Positions 17,575-28,035 of a DNA stretch of 35,595 nt are shown here, one piece after another (position 1 is the first letter of the stretch; each line of letters starts with the position of its first letter). The stretch comes from Thermotogota bacterium (lineage in GTDB: Bacteria > Bipolaricaulota > Bipolaricaulia > UBA7950 > UBA9294). The notes beneath the pieces were generated by a model that searched no databases, was not told the DNA's origin, and saw only the letters and a program-made list of their open reading frames with translations. A program made the position numbers and the translations under genes. The stretch spans positions 1-35,595 of the forward strand of contig JBDKUT010000087.1 of the NCBI GenBank assembly GCA_039679545.1, in the 5' to 3' direction.

Positions 17575-19041
17575 CTACGCCCTCATGCGCTCGGCGATGA
17601 TCGACTCGAGTTCGGCGATCTTCACGCGCTCCTGGGTCGTTGCGTCGCGGTCGCGCAGAGTCACGGTTCTGTCGATCGCCGACTGGTGATCCACGGTGAC
17701 GCAGAACGGCGTCCCCGACTCGTCCTGGCGTCGATAGCGCTTGCCGATCGAGCCCTTCTCGTCGTAGAAGACGTTCCACCGCCTCTTGAGGTCGCGGTAG
17801 ATGTCGGCTGCCATCTCAGGCTGCCCGTCCTTCTTCACGAGCGGGAAGACGGCGACCTTGATCGGGGCGAGGCGGGGGTGCAGGCGAAGCACGACGCGCT
17901 CCTGGGGAACGCCGTTCTCGTCCGGGATCGAGTCCTCGTCGTAGGCCTCGCACAGGAAGGCGAGGGCGGCGCGGTCGGCGCCCGCCGACGGCTCAATGAC
18001 GTGCGGGATGAACTTCTGCTGCGTCGCCTCGTCGAAGTACGAGAGGTCCTTGCCGCTCCCCGGATACTTTGGGGCGCCCGACTCGTCCTTCTCGACGACG
18101 AGAAGGTCGCCCTGCTTGACGAGCTTTCCTTCCATATGGCTGCGCAGGTCGAAGTCGCTGCGGTGCGACACGCCCTCGAGTTCGCCGAAGTCGCCGTCGG
18201 CGCAGAACGGGAACGCGTACTCGATGTCGGCCGTGCCGCATGAGTAGTGGGCGCGCTCCTCCGTCGTGTGCTCGCGCAAGCGAAGCCGATCGCTCGCCAG
18301 ACCGAGCGACACGTACCACGCCATGCGGCGATCGCGCCAGTAGCGGTACCAGTCCTGCGACTGCTCCGGAGCGCAGAAGAACTCGATCTCCATCTGCTCG
18401 AATTCGCGCGACCGGAAGGTGAAGTTGCGCGGCGTGATCTCGTTGCGGAACGACTTCCCGATCTGCCCGATCCCGAACGGAACCTTCACGCGCGAGGTCG
18501 AGACGACGTTCTTGAAGTTCACAAAGATCCCTTGAGCCGTCTCGGGGCGGAGGTACGCCTCGGCCGTTGGGTCGATGAGTGCGCCGACGTAGGTCTTGAA
18601 CATCAGGTTGAACTCGCGCGGCTCGGTAAGCGCGCACTCCGTGTGCTCGCCGGGGCGCTTGCTCGGCTTCTTCGGGCACGCGCTGTCCTTGACTTGGTCG
18701 ACGCGGAACCGCCCCTTGCACGTCTTGCAGTCGACGAACAGGTCGTAGAAGAGGTCGAAGTGGCCGCTCGCCTTCCAGACTTGCGGATGCATGACGATGG
18801 TCGAGTCGATCCCGACCATCTCGTACGCCGACGGCGCGCCGGCGGGGGCTTGCGTGTCATCGTGGCCGGACACCATGTCGCGCCACCACGCCTCTTTCAC
18901 GTTGCGCTTGAACTCAACGCCGAGAGGACCGTAGTCCCAAAACCCGCCGATCCCACCGTAGATCTCACTCGACGGAAAGATGAACCCGCGTCGCTTGCAC
19001 AGCGCGACGACCTTCTCCATGGTTGAGGCATCCTTCTGCAT
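17575..19041 (-). CDS. glyQS: Glycine--tRNA ligase, homodimeric (alpha2) type
   Basis: CKRRGFIFPSSEIYGG, DYGPLG, FNLMF, LRPETAQGIF, GKSFRNEITP, FRSREFEQME, HVIEPSAG, and anticodon-binding SIGKRYRRQDE.GTP. Confidence 0.97.
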   Translation of the reverse strand: MQKDASTMEKVVALCKRRGFIFPSSEIYGGIGGFWDYGPLGVEFKRNVKEAWWRDMVSGHDDTQAPAGAPSAYEMVGIDSTIVMHPQVWKASGHFDLFYDLFVDCKTCKGRFRVDQVKDSACPKKPSKRPGEHTECALTEPREFNLMFKTYVGALIDPTAEAYLRPETAQGIFVNFKNVVSTSRVKVPFGIGQIGKSFRNEITPRNFTFRSREFEQMEIEFFCAPEQSQDWYRYWRDRRMAWYVSLGLASDRLRLREHTTEERAHYSCGTADIEYAFPFCADGDFGELEGVSHRSDFDLRSHMEGKLVKQGDLLVVEKDESGAPKYPGSGKDLSYFDEATQQKFIPHVIEPSAGADRAALAFLCEAYDEDSIPDENGVPQERVVLRLHPRLAPIKVAVFPLVKKDGQPEMAADIYRDLKRRWNVFYDEKGSIGKRYRRQDESGTPFCVTVDHQSAIDRTVTLRDRDATTQERVKIAELESIIAERMRA

Positions 19042-19140
19042 GACGTCCTCCGCGAATTCGGGATCTGCGTCCTCTTCGGCAAGAGGCGCGAGGAGGCATT
19101 ATACCGTGGCTACCGAAGAGCGCCGCCGTCGTCTGGCCAA

Positions 19141-19899
19141 CTAAACGTGGAGGCGGGAGAGGAAGTTGCGCACAACGGGCACGACGAGGTCCGGGCGCTC
19201 GATCGTCTCTCCGTGCGTGAGGCCGGGAAGCGAGACGAACCGCGCGTTCGGGATGCCTGCTGCCGCCTTTTCCGCCAGCGCGTGGACTCCGTCCCTCTCC
19301 CCAGCAAAGAGGAGGCAGGGGACGTGAAGTCCCGGGAGAATGGCTTCGAGCCCCTCCCGGTCCTGTGCCGCAGCGACCATTGCCGTGAAGTCGTAACGTC
19401 GCATGCGCTCTTTCTCCGCCGCGGAGAGCGGCCGAACCTCGCGCTCCCAGAAGTCGATGAATGCCCGCGCGCCGTCCTTCTCTCCCACGCGAAGCCACTC
19501 CCGTGCGCCTTCCATCGTCTGAGCGTACGGGTGCTGGCCGCCGAGGATGAACGCGGAGAAGCGCTCCGGCGCCCACTTCGCGCAGGCGAACCCGATCCAC
19601 CCGCCCATCGAGAACCCGAAGAACGTCGCGCGATCGATCCCGGCTGCGTTCAGCACGGCGACGACGTCGGCGACCCGCGGCTCGGGGCGGTACGCCGCCT
19701 CGTCGTGGGGCGCGTCGCTTTTCCCGTGCCCACGGGAGTCGATCAGGATGAGGCGATGGTCGGAGGCCAGCGCGTCGACGTAGCCCAGCTCGTACCACGC
19801 GTCGAGCGACGAGAAGGTCCAGTGATGAAGGAGGAGAGGGGATCCCGCCCCTTCGTTCTCGTAGTGAATGCGCACGTTGCGGTTCGTCGCGTAGGGCAT
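19141..19899 (-). CDS. Alpha/beta-fold hydrolase
   Basis: IDSRGHGKSD, nucleophile elbow GFSMGG, AGERD, LTHG. Confidence 0.9.
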   Translation of the reverse strand: MPYATNRNVRIHYENEGAGSPLLLHHWTFSSLDAWYELGYVDALASDHRLILIDSRGHGKSDAPHDEAAYRPEPRVADVVAVLNAAGIDRATFFGFSMGGWIGFACAKWAPERFSAFILGGQHPYAQTMEGAREWLRVGEKDGARAFIDFWEREVRPLSAAEKERMRRYDFTAMVAAAQDREGLEAILPGLHVPCLLFAGERDGVHALAEKAAAGIPNARFVSLPGLTHGETIERPDLVVPVVRNFLSRLHV

Positions 19900-19924
19900 C
19901 TTGGTTGCCTCGAATCGGGCGATC

Positions 19925-20437
19925 CTACGCTGTGTCGTCGCGCGTCGCCAGAGGCTCCTCGATGGGCGTGAAGCCGAGCGATCGGTACAAGTTCTGCGCG
20001 GGTTCGTTGCCGTCCGTCACGACGAGCGTCAGGCGAGCGTACCTCGCGTCGAGGAGGGCATTCATCGACCGCCCGAGAACGTTCCTCGCGAGCCCGCGGC
20101 GTTTGGCCTCAGGGCGGGTCATCAGGAAGACGACGAGCGGCGCGTCGTGCGGCTCAAAGAAGGTGACAAGGCAGGCCGAGGCGAGGAACTCGCCGGCCTC
20201 GATGACGAACGAGCACTCGGGAAGGAAGCGACCGTAGTCGTCACGGAAGGTCTTCTCGATCTCCGCGAGCGCGTCGGCGAACGAGTCGCCCTCGTCGTCA
20301 ATCGTCCCCCGATAGGCGGCGAAGAGGAGGATGGCAAGAGCCTCTTTGTCGCTCGGCGTGACGGCGCGCGAGGCGAAGCAGTTCGGAAGCGTCCGGCGCA
20401 CGAGCGCTGTCTCCATCGGGATACGTCGCCGCGTCAT
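19925..20437 (-). CDS. GNAT family N-acetyltransferase
   Basis: Acetyl-CoA motif KRRGLAR and LVVTDGNEPAQNLYRSLGF; start overlaps the tex stop (alternative ATG 20416). Confidence 0.85.
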   Translation of the reverse strand: MTRRRIPMETALVRRTLPNCFASRAVTPSDKEALAILLFAAYRGTIDDEGDSFADALAEIEKTFRDDYGRFLPECSFVIEAGEFLASACLVTFFEPHDAPLVVFLMTRPEAKRRGLARNVLGRSMNALLDARYARLTLVVTDGNEPAQNLYRSLGFTPIEEPLATRDDTA

Positions 20438-22641
20438 CGTCCTGTCGACTCCTTGCGAGGCCGGCTTCGGGTTGGATCGGCCTTCGCAGCCGGTGACGCC
20501 GCGTCGTGCGGCTTGCGCAACGACAGGGAGATCCTTCGCCGCTCGATGTCGACCTCGAGGACGAACGCGATCACGCGTTGCCCGACCTTAACGACCTTCG
20601 ACGGGTGCTCGACGAAGCGATCGGCGAGTTGGCTGACGTGAACGAGGCCGTCCTGGTGAACGCCGACGTCGACGAACGCGCCGAAGTCGACGACGTTGGT
20701 CACGATTCCCGGGAGCTTCATCCCCGGCCGGAGATCGTCGATCTCGTGGACGTCGTCGGAGAACGCGAACGCCTCGAATCGCTCTCGCGGATCGCGGCCG
20801 GGCTTCGCGAGCTCGGCGAGGATGTCGGTGAGCGTGGGAAGCCCGACGGTGTCCGTGACGTAGCGGTCGAGGTCGATCTTCGCGCGTAGGTCGGCGCTTC
20901 TCATCAGGTCCTCCACCGTGCACCCGAGGTCCGCCGCCATGCGGCGGACGATGACGTAGCTCTCCGGGTGGACGGCGCTCGCGTCGAGCGGGTCGTCGCC
21001 GTCTCGAATGCGGAGGAAACCCGCCGCCTGCTCGAACGCCTTGGGTCCCAGTCGCGGCACCTTCTTCAGCTCGGCGCGACGACGGAAGGGTCCGTTCTCG
21101 TCGCGGTAGCTGACGATCGTCTCCGCCAGTTTGGGCCCGAGGCCTGACACGCGCGACAGGAGCGGAGCGCTCGCCGTGTTCACCTCGACGCCCACCGCGT
21201 TGACGCAATGCTCGACGACGTCAGCCAGACTCTGGTGCAGGAGGTTCTGGTCGACGTCGTGCTGGTACTGGCCGACGCCGATCGCCTTCGGATCGATCTT
21301 GACCAATTCGGCGAGCGGGTCGACGAGTCGCCGTCCGATGGAGACGGCGCCGCGGACGGTGACGTCCTGGTTTGGCAGCTCGGCACGAGCGACATCGGAC
21401 GCCGAGTAGATCGACGCTCCGCTCTCGTTCACGAGAACCACAGGGATCGCGCGGCCGAAGTCGATCGAGCGTACGAACGTCTCGGTCTCGCGGCTGGCGG
21501 TCCCGTTTCCGATGGCGATGGCCTCCACGGCGTACGCCTTCGCAAGCTCTTCGAGCTTGCGAAGAGCCTCCACCCGTTGGGCGGCGGACCCGGTCGCGTA
21601 GATCACGTCGTGCGTCAAGAGCTTTCCCTGGGCGTCGAGACAGACGACCTTGCCGCCGGTTCGGTAGCCGGGATCGATGGCGAGAACGCGCTTCTGCCCG
21701 AGCGGCGGTGCAAGGAGCAGCTGACGCACGTTGTCGGCGAAGACGCGCACGGCCTCGCGGTCCGCTTTCTCCTTGAGCTGGGCGCGGATCTCGGTCTCGA
21801 TCGACGGCGCCATGAGGCGTTCGTAGCCGTCTTCGATGGCCAGGGCAACCTGCTGTGCGCACGGTCCTCCGCCCTGCACAAACTGGCGCTTCAGAAACGC
21901 GAGGGCCGCGCCTTCGTCAGGCCGAGCCGAGAGGCGGATGATACCCTCCCGCTCGGCGCGCAGGAGGGCCAACACGCGGTAGCTCGGCGCGTCGGCGAGC
22001 GGCTCCTGCCAGTCGAAGTAGTCACGGTACGTTGCTCCCTCGGGCTCCTTCCCCGCGATGACCGACGAGCGCAGGATGCCTCGTTTCGCGAAGAGTTCTC
22101 GAATCTCTCCTCGAGCGTCGGCCGACTCGCTCACCCGCTCGGCGAGGATGTCACGCGCGCCGGCGAGGGCATCGACCTCGTTCTCGACGCCCTTCTCCGG
22201 ACGGACGAACGCCACGGCCGCTTGGTTCGGGTCGACGGATGGATCCTGATCGAAGAGCAGGTCCGCGAGCGGCTCAAGCCCCTTCTCACGCGCGATCATC
22301 GCCCGCGTGCGCCGCTTTGGGCGGTACGGGATGTAGACGTCTTCGAGCACCGCCATCGTCTCCGCGGCTTCAACGGCGCCCGCAAGCTCGGCGGTCAGAA
22401 GGTTCCGTTCTTTGAGCGAGGCGAGGATCGCCTCACGGCGATCGTCCAGCGCGACGAGCTGCTTCATTCGGTTGCGGATCGCCATGATCGCTACCTCATC
22501 GAGCGATCCGGTCTTCTCCTTGCGGTAGCGAGCGATGAACGGCACCGTGGCCCCCTCGTCAAGCAGGGCCGCAACGGCGCTCACCTGGCCGTGGGAGATG
22601 CCGAGCTCGGCGGCCGCCGTGCGGGCGTAATCGTGGGACAT
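20434..22641 (-). CDS. tex: Tex family RNA-binding transcriptional accessory protein
   Basis: GATVPFIARYRKE, AIDPGYRTG, IGNGTASRET, VNESGASIYSAS, IGVGQYQHDV, HhH repeats and C-terminal S1 domain FGAFVDVGVHQDGLVHVS. Confidence 0.96.
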   Translation of the reverse strand: MSHDYARTAAAELGISHGQVSAVAALLDEGATVPFIARYRKEKTGSLDEVAIMAIRNRMKQLVALDDRREAILASLKERNLLTAELAGAVEAAETMAVLEDVYIPYRPKRRTRAMIAREKGLEPLADLLFDQDPSVDPNQAAVAFVRPEKGVENEVDALAGARDILAERVSESADARGEIRELFAKRGILRSSVIAGKEPEGATYRDYFDWQEPLADAPSYRVLALLRAEREGIIRLSARPDEGAALAFLKRQFVQGGGPCAQQVALAIEDGYERLMAPSIETEIRAQLKEKADREAVRVFADNVRQLLLAPPLGQKRVLAIDPGYRTGGKVVCLDAQGKLLTHDVIYATGSAAQRVEALRKLEELAKAYAVEAIAIGNGTASRETETFVRSIDFGRAIPVVLVNESGASIYSASDVARAELPNQDVTVRGAVSIGRRLVDPLAELVKIDPKAIGVGQYQHDVDQNLLHQSLADVVEHCVNAVGVEVNTASAPLLSRVSGLGPKLAETIVSYRDENGPFRRRAELKKVPRLGPKAFEQAAGFLRIRDGDDPLDASAVHPESYVIVRRMAADLGCTVEDLMRSADLRAKIDLDRYVTDTVGLPTLTDILAELAKPGRDPRERFEAFAFSDDVHEIDDLRPGMKLPGIVTNVVDFGAFVDVGVHQDGLVHVSQLADRFVEHPSKVVKVGQRVIAFVLEVDIERRRISLSLRKPHDAASPAAKADPTRSRPRKESTGR

Positions 22642-22713
22642 GAACGGCCTCCTTGGGAGCGCGAAACCGTAAGCGGGGCGTGTCGCTCCGTCAACCTGGG
22701 TTTCGTCCTGCCG

Positions 22714-24048
22714 CTACTTCTGCTCCTTGCTCGCGACCTGCGCCCGCGCATCCCGCCCGGCGCGCTCGTCCACGAGCAGGAGAAGCGCCGTGCCGATCAC
22801 CAGGAACGCGAGGATCGAGAGGACCGCCGCTCGCTGTCCGACTTGCTCGGCAAGGACCGACTCCGTCCCTCGGTTCTGGAGTGCGATGGCGACGCGGGCG
22901 GCCACGATCCCGTACACGGTCGGGCCGATGAATGACGACGTTCGCCCGGCGACAGAGAAGAAACCGAAGAACTCGGCGCTTCGTCCTTCGGGGGCGAGAA
23001 GTCCGATCATCGTCCGGCTCACCGACTGGACTCCCGTCAGCGCGAATCCAGCGACGGCGCCGATCACATAGAACGAAACGAGCGACCGATTGAAGTACAT
23101 CCACACGATCGCGCCGACCATCAGGACCAGGGAGCCGAGGAGTGCCGCGCGCGCCCCCGTGCGGTCGGTGATCCGACCGAGGACGTAGGCACCGGGGACG
23201 CTCGTGGCCTGAACGAGAATCATGAACAGGACGAGCTGCATCTGGTTCAGGTTGAACAGTACCGTCCCGAGGATCGCCGCAAAGCTGAGCGTCATGAGAA
23301 TCCCGTCGTTGTAGACGAGGAAGGCGATCATGAACTTACCGAACTCCTTGTAGTGGCGGATGGCCCGGAATGTCTCGGCGATGCGGCGGAACGGCAGTGC
23401 AAGGAGTTCACGTCCCTTAGGGAGAGGCTGCGGCGTCCCCCGCTCGCGCAGCCAAGCGAAGATCGGAATCGCAAAGGTCGCGTAGAAGACAGCGGTTAAC
23501 ACGAGGGACGCGCGCGTGACCCACGGGGCCTTTACCCACTGCGTCAGCGCGATGACAAGGACGAGAACGAGGATGCCCCCCGCGGATCCGATCGCCCACC
23601 CGTTTCCGGAGACCCGGCCGATCTCCGATTCGGTGGCGATCTCAGGAAGGAGGGCGTCGTAGAAGACCTGGGCGCTACGGTAGCCGATCTCGGCGAGAAT
23701 GAAGAAGAGCATCCCAGTGACAATGGAGCCCTTTGTCACGAAGAAGAGGGCCGCCGTAAAGACGCACGACATCGCGGTGAAGGCGAAGAGAAACCGTTTC
23801 TTCGATCCGGCCGCATCGGCGAACGCTCCGAGGATTGGCGACAGGATCGCGACGACGAGCGTCGCAAGGCCCACGGAGAGGCCCCACAGAAACGATCCTC
23901 TGGCCCCTCCGACGACGGTCTCCTTGAAATAGGCGGCGTACACGGCGAGGAGAACGACCGATGCGTATGCCGAGTTCCCGAAGTCATACAGGTACCACGC
24001 GCGTCGCTCCCGCCGTGCGACGGGAGGATGGACCAGTTTCTCATTCAT
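22714..24048 (-). CDS. MFS transporter, UMF1/Atg22-like
   Basis: AWYLYDFGNSAY, VFYDALLP, FLVYNDG, QSVSR, EFFGFF; ATG 24048 preceded by AAGGAG and overlapping the upstream stop. Confidence 0.9.
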   Translation of the reverse strand: MNEKLVHPPVARRERRAWYLYDFGNSAYASVVLLAVYAAYFKETVVGGARGSFLWGLSVGLATLVVAILSPILGAFADAAGSKKRFLFAFTAMSCVFTAALFFVTKGSIVTGMLFFILAEIGYRSAQVFYDALLPEIATESEIGRVSGNGWAIGSAGGILVLVLVIALTQWVKAPWVTRASLVLTAVFYATFAIPIFAWLRERGTPQPLPKGRELLALPFRRIAETFRAIRHYKEFGKFMIAFLVYNDGILMTLSFAAILGTVLFNLNQMQLVLFMILVQATSVPGAYVLGRITDRTGARAALLGSLVLMVGAIVWMYFNRSLVSFYVIGAVAGFALTGVQSVSRTMIGLLAPEGRSAEFFGFFSVAGRTSSFIGPTVYGIVAARVAIALQNRGTESVLAEQVGQRAAVLSILAFLVIGTALLLLVDERAGRDARAQVASKEQK

Positions 24049-24850
24049 GGGGTTCTCCTTCTCTTGTTGGGGACTGCGAACGCTGCGCCGTACGCCGGTT
24101 CGCTCGCTCCCACGGGTAGGCGGCAACTGCCTCCGCCTTCTGACGGATGTCCGGGTCGGTCGAGTACACGCCCCGCCGATCCTCGGGAATCAGCCCGGCC
24201 ACTGCGCGCATCGCGGTGTCGCCGATGGCGTCGAGCCGGTCCCGCCCTGGTCGGCCGGTGCCCTTCATCCGGAACGGGCCGATCGGAGCGCCAATCCGCA
24301 CCGTGACCGGCTGACGGCGGAAGCGACGGAGCGATGGGAAGATCCCGTCGGTGCCGTCAATGCCGACCGGCAGCACACACACCCCCGTGCGCGAGGCGAG
24401 GAACGCCGTGCCTGGACGGGGACGCCGAAGGACGTTCGTCCAGCTGCCTCCCTCCGGGAAGATCCCGACGACGCCGCCCTCGAGAAGCGTTGACTCCGCT
24501 CCGCGAAGCGCAGCGCGTGCGAACCCCTCCTCCCCGCGGGGAACTCGATAGAGACCCCACAGGCGAGGAAGAAGACGTACGGACGCGGGCGCAAACGGCA
24601 TGCGGAACCCGCCGATGAAATCCAAGGGCCGCCGCACGGCGTGGATGACGGCGAGGGGATCCGTAAAGTGAAAGTGGTTTGCGACGACGAGAAATGGGCC
24701 TTCCTGGGGGATGTTCTCTTGGCCCTCGACGTGGAATCGTGTGAGAAGCGCGAAGGCGACTCGAATTAGCGCGGCGAGGAACCGCCGCATGACCCGACGC
24801 CGCGGACGCCACCCGGTCGAGCCGTCCGTCCGAATCCCCATGGCGGCCAT
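24041..24850 (-). CDS. Lysophospholipid acyltransferase (PlsC-like)
   Basis: NHFHFTD (HxxxxD), IFPEG, LPVGIDG, VRIGAP. Start uncertain (24850, 24841 or 24790). Confidence 0.88.
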   Translation of the reverse strand: MAAMGIRTDGSTGWRPRRRVMRRFLAALIRVAFALLTRFHVEGQENIPQEGPFLVVANHFHFTDPLAVIHAVRRPLDFIGGFRMPFAPASVRLLPRLWGLYRVPRGEEGFARAALRGAESTLLEGGVVGIFPEGGSWTNVLRRPRPGTAFLASRTGVCVLPVGIDGTDGIFPSLRRFRRQPVTVRIGAPIGPFRMKGTGRPGRDRLDAIGDTAMRAVAGLIPEDRRGVYSTDPDIRQKAEAVAAYPWERANRRTAQRSQSPTREGEPHE

Positions 24851-25118
24851 CTTACCGGAAGAAGGGGAGAACGTGCACTCGGGCCGCTCACCGATCCTTG
24901 CTGTCCTGTAGGTTGATTTCGTGGGTGAGCTCTCGTACCTTTCCGCTCCGAGTTCTCGTTAACTCCTCTCGTGTCGGTGGACACAGTCTAGGTCGTTTCT
25001 TGACGGTCGAGCACAAGATCGCCACAGTAGCCTTGCGAGACTGGATACGGACAACGACAAGGGCACCCGCGCATTGGCGGTATGGGACGAGGACGGAAGC
25101 GCGCGGAGGCGACGGACG

Positions 25119-27212
25119 ATGAAGACAACACCAATTGAACGCATACGCAACGTGGGCGTCATGGCCCACATCGACGCCGGCAAGACCACGGTGAGCGAGC
25201 GCATTCTCTTCTTCACGGGAAAGCGCCACAAGATCGGCGAGGTCCACGACGGCGAAGCGAAGATGGATTGGATGATCCAAGAGCAGGAGAGAGGGATCAC
25301 CATCTCCTCTGCGGCGACGACCACGTACTGGCGCGACCATCGGATCAATTTGATTGACACCCCCGGACACGTCGACTTCACGGCCGAGGTCGAGCGAAGC
25401 CTCCGTGTTCTTGACGGCACAGTGGCTCTGTTCTGCGCTGTCGGGGGCGTTCAGCCGCAGGCCGAGACGGTGTGGCGGCAGGCGGAGAAGTACGGCGTGC
25501 CGCGGATTGCCTTCATCAACAAGATGGACCGAACCGGCGCAGATTTCGACCGCGTCGTCCTCGAGATCCGCGAGGAACTGGGAGCCAACGCCGTGCCCGT
25601 GGTCATCCCAATCGGTGCCGAGGCCGACTTTCGCGGGATCATCGACTTGGTCGAGATGAAGGCCATCTACTTCGACGACGCACCGACGGGTGCGACGATC
25701 CGCGAAGAGCCGATCCCCGACGAATGGAAGACGCGGGCGCGCGAGGCGGAAGCCGCGATGATCGAGCGGATCAGCGAGCAGGACGATCCTCTGATGGAGA
25801 AGTTCATCGAGGGAATCACGCCGGAGCGGGATGAGATCGTCCAGGCGATTCGCAAGGCGACCATCGACGGCCGGTTCATCCCCGTTCTCTGTGGTGCAGC
25901 GTTCAAGAACAAGGGAGTTCGGAAGCTTCTCGACGCGATCGTCGACTACCTCCCGTCTCCGATCGACCTGCCGCCCGTGATCGGTACCAGCTTGGAGTCG
26001 AGCCAAGAGCTCATCCGCCGCCCCCGCGACGACGCGCCCCTCGCGGCGCTGGCGTTCAAGATCCAGAGCGACAAACACATGGGCAAGCTCACGTACGTCC
26101 GCGTCTACTCGGGGACGCTTGAGCTGGGAGCCCAGGTCTACAACTCGAGCGTCGACAAGATCCAGCGGGTCGGGAGGTTGTTCGAGATGCATGCTAACGA
26201 TCGGGAGCCCATCGAGGTCCTGCACACCGGGGAGGTCGGCACGGTCGTAGGCCTGTCGGACACCCTCACCGGGCATACGCTGTGCAGTCGGGAGCACCCG
26301 ATTTTGCTTGAATCGATCGAATTTCCGACGCCCGTCATCGGCATCGCGGTCTCGCCGGCGTCGACCGATGATCGCGACAAGCTGGCGCACGCCCTCCATC
26401 GGCTCGCCGACGAGGACCCGACGTTCGTTGTCCGCTCCAATCAGGAAACGGGTGAAGTGATCATCTCCGGGATGGGGGAGCTTCACCTTGAGATCATCCT
26501 CGACCGTCTGAAGCGCGAGTTTGGCGTCTCCGTGATCTCCGATCGACCTCAGGTCGCCTACCGCGAGACGATCCTCGCCCCGGTCGATCACGAATACAGA
26601 CACATCAAGCAGACCGGTGGGCGTGGGCAGTACGCACACATGGTCTTTCGGGTTGAGCCGACGGAGCCCGGCTCGGGATTCCAGTTTGAGGACGAGGTCA
26701 CTGGCGGGAAGATCTCGCGCGAGTACCTGGCGGCGATTGAACGTGGGATCGTCGAAGAGATGAGCCAGGGTCCGTACGCCGGTTTCCCGATCGTCGACTT
26801 GCTTGTCACCGTCTACGACGGTTCGATGCACGATGTCGACTCCTCGGAGCAAGCGTTTCGCACCTGCGGACGAATGGGGTTTCGGGAGGCCTGTCTCAAG
26901 GCCGGACTCGAGCTCCTTGAGCCGATCATGAGCGTCGAAGCCACGGTACCGGAGGAACACACCGGCGCCGTGACCGGGAACCTGTGCAGCAAGCGCGGCC
27001 GGATCACAGGAATGGAATCGAGAGCGAACGCGACGGTTCTGCAGGCCATGGTGCCGCTCGCGGAGATGTTCGGCTACGCGTCGGAGATCCGGAACCTCAC
27101 CAGCGGCCGCGGCACGTTCACCATGCAGTTCGAGCACTACGAGTCGGTGCCCTACACGATCGCCGAAAAGATCGTCGAGGAACGGAAGGAAGCCCGCGCC
27201 GCGAGAATGTAG
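25119..27212 (+). CDS. fusA: Elongation factor G, stand-alone copy
   Basis: [56 protein letters not shown]...R..T.GRG; ATG 25119 preceded by GGAGG. Confidence 0.96.
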   Translation: MKTTPIERIRNVGVMAHIDAGKTTVSERILFFTGKRHKIGEVHDGEAKMDWMIQEQERGITISSAATTTYWRDHRINLIDTPGHVDFTAEVERSLRVLDGTVALFCAVGGVQPQAETVWRQAEKYGVPRIAFINKMDRTGADFDRVVLEIREELGANAVPVVIPIGAEADFRGIIDLVEMKAIYFDDAPTGATIREEPIPDEWKTRAREAEAAMIERISEQDDPLMEKFIEGITPERDEIVQAIRKATIDGRFIPVLCGAAFKNKGVRKLLDAIVDYLPSPIDLPPVIGTSLESSQELIRRPRDDAPLAALAFKIQSDKHMGKLTYVRVYSGTLELGAQVYNSSVDKIQRVGRLFEMHANDREPIEVLHTGEVGTVVGLSDTLTGHTLCSREHPILLESIEFPTPVIGIAVSPASTDDRDKLAHALHRLADEDPTFVVRSNQETGEVIISGMGELHLEIILDRLKREFGVSVISDRPQVAYRETILAPVDHEYRHIKQTGGRGQYAHMVFRVEPTEPGSGFQFEDEVTGGKISREYLAAIERGIVEEMSQGPYAGFPIVDLLVTVYDGSMHDVDSSEQAFRTCGRMGFREACLKAGLELLEPIMSVEATVPEEHTGAVTGNLCSKRGRITGMESRANATVLQAMVPLAEMFGYASEIRNLTSGRGTFTMQFEHYESVPYTIAEKIVEERKEARAARM

Positions 27213-27425
27213 AGAACCGAGCGCGCGTGCCGCGGAGTCGCTCCGGCTTTCTATCGGTGCCGCCTCACGGTGTGACCAGCTTGCAGAGCCACGCGGCCGG
27301 CTACGTCAGGGATGCGGTGCGTCACAGGCACGCGCCGCTCGCCCCTGGCTTTGGTGCGCCAAGCGGTGAGAAACCGCCGGAATAGGAAGGCCGCGCCATG
27401 CGGTAGAACGATGACGCCGCGACGT

Positions 27426-27878
27426 CTATCGAGCGCCGTCGGCGCCGCTCGCCGATGCGTGACGGGTCATCCAACGGCTCGGCTTCTCGATCGCCCCGAA
27501 GCCGCCGTACTCCTTGTACAGACCCTGAGCGTCGCGCGTCGCAAGGATCATGAGTCGAAGATCACGGAGCGTTGGATGATCCACGACCGCCTGGACAAGA
27601 CGTTTCCCGATTCCTCGGCCGCGATGTGGTTCGAGGACGAACACATCGCACAGCCAGGCGAACGTCGCGTAGTCGGTGACCACGCGGGCGAACCCGACCT
27701 CACGGCGTCCTTCGTACGCGCCGAAGCAGAGGGAGTTCTCGATTGACGTGCGCACTTGTTCGAGGGAACGGCCCCGAGCCCAATACGAGGAGCGGCTGAG
27801 GAAGTCGTGGATGAGTTGAACGTCAAGACAAGCCTTGTCCGTACTGATCGTACAGGTTTCGTCTGGATGCTCCTTCAT
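27426..27878 (-). CDS. GNAT family N-acetyltransferase
   Basis: SIENSLCFG, GFARVVTDYATFAWLCDVFV, HRGRGIGK, LATRDAQGLY. Confidence 0.9.
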   Translation of the reverse strand: MKEHPDETCTISTDKACLDVQLIHDFLSRSSYWARGRSLEQVRTSIENSLCFGAYEGRREVGFARVVTDYATFAWLCDVFVLEPHRGRGIGKRLVQAVVDHPTLRDLRLMILATRDAQGLYKEYGGFGAIEKPSRWMTRHASASGADGAR

Positions 27879-28035
27879 CGAATGCCTCCTCGGATCAGTT
27901 CACGACGAAGACTGTACATGACTCAGCCGGGCGAAAGGTTCACCGGACCTCTTGTCTATGCGGAAACGCTGCGAGCTTGCATATTGTGCACAGATGACTT
28001 GGTTTCCCGTAGTTTCTTGCGAGGAAACGCCTACA

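Noticed and set aside
19058..19103. TATAAT (minus strand, 19103-19098) and a small CCTCTT/AAGAGG hairpin in the glyQS 5' region
   Set aside because: Plausible -10 box but no -35, and the leader is too short for a T-box; no regulatory claim supportable.
21208..22935. 575-aa plus-strand ORF
   Set aside because: Antisense shadow of tex and the MFS gene.
24888..27137. 749-aa minus-strand ORF
   Set aside because: Antisense shadow of fusA; no motifs, and long shadows are expected at high GC.
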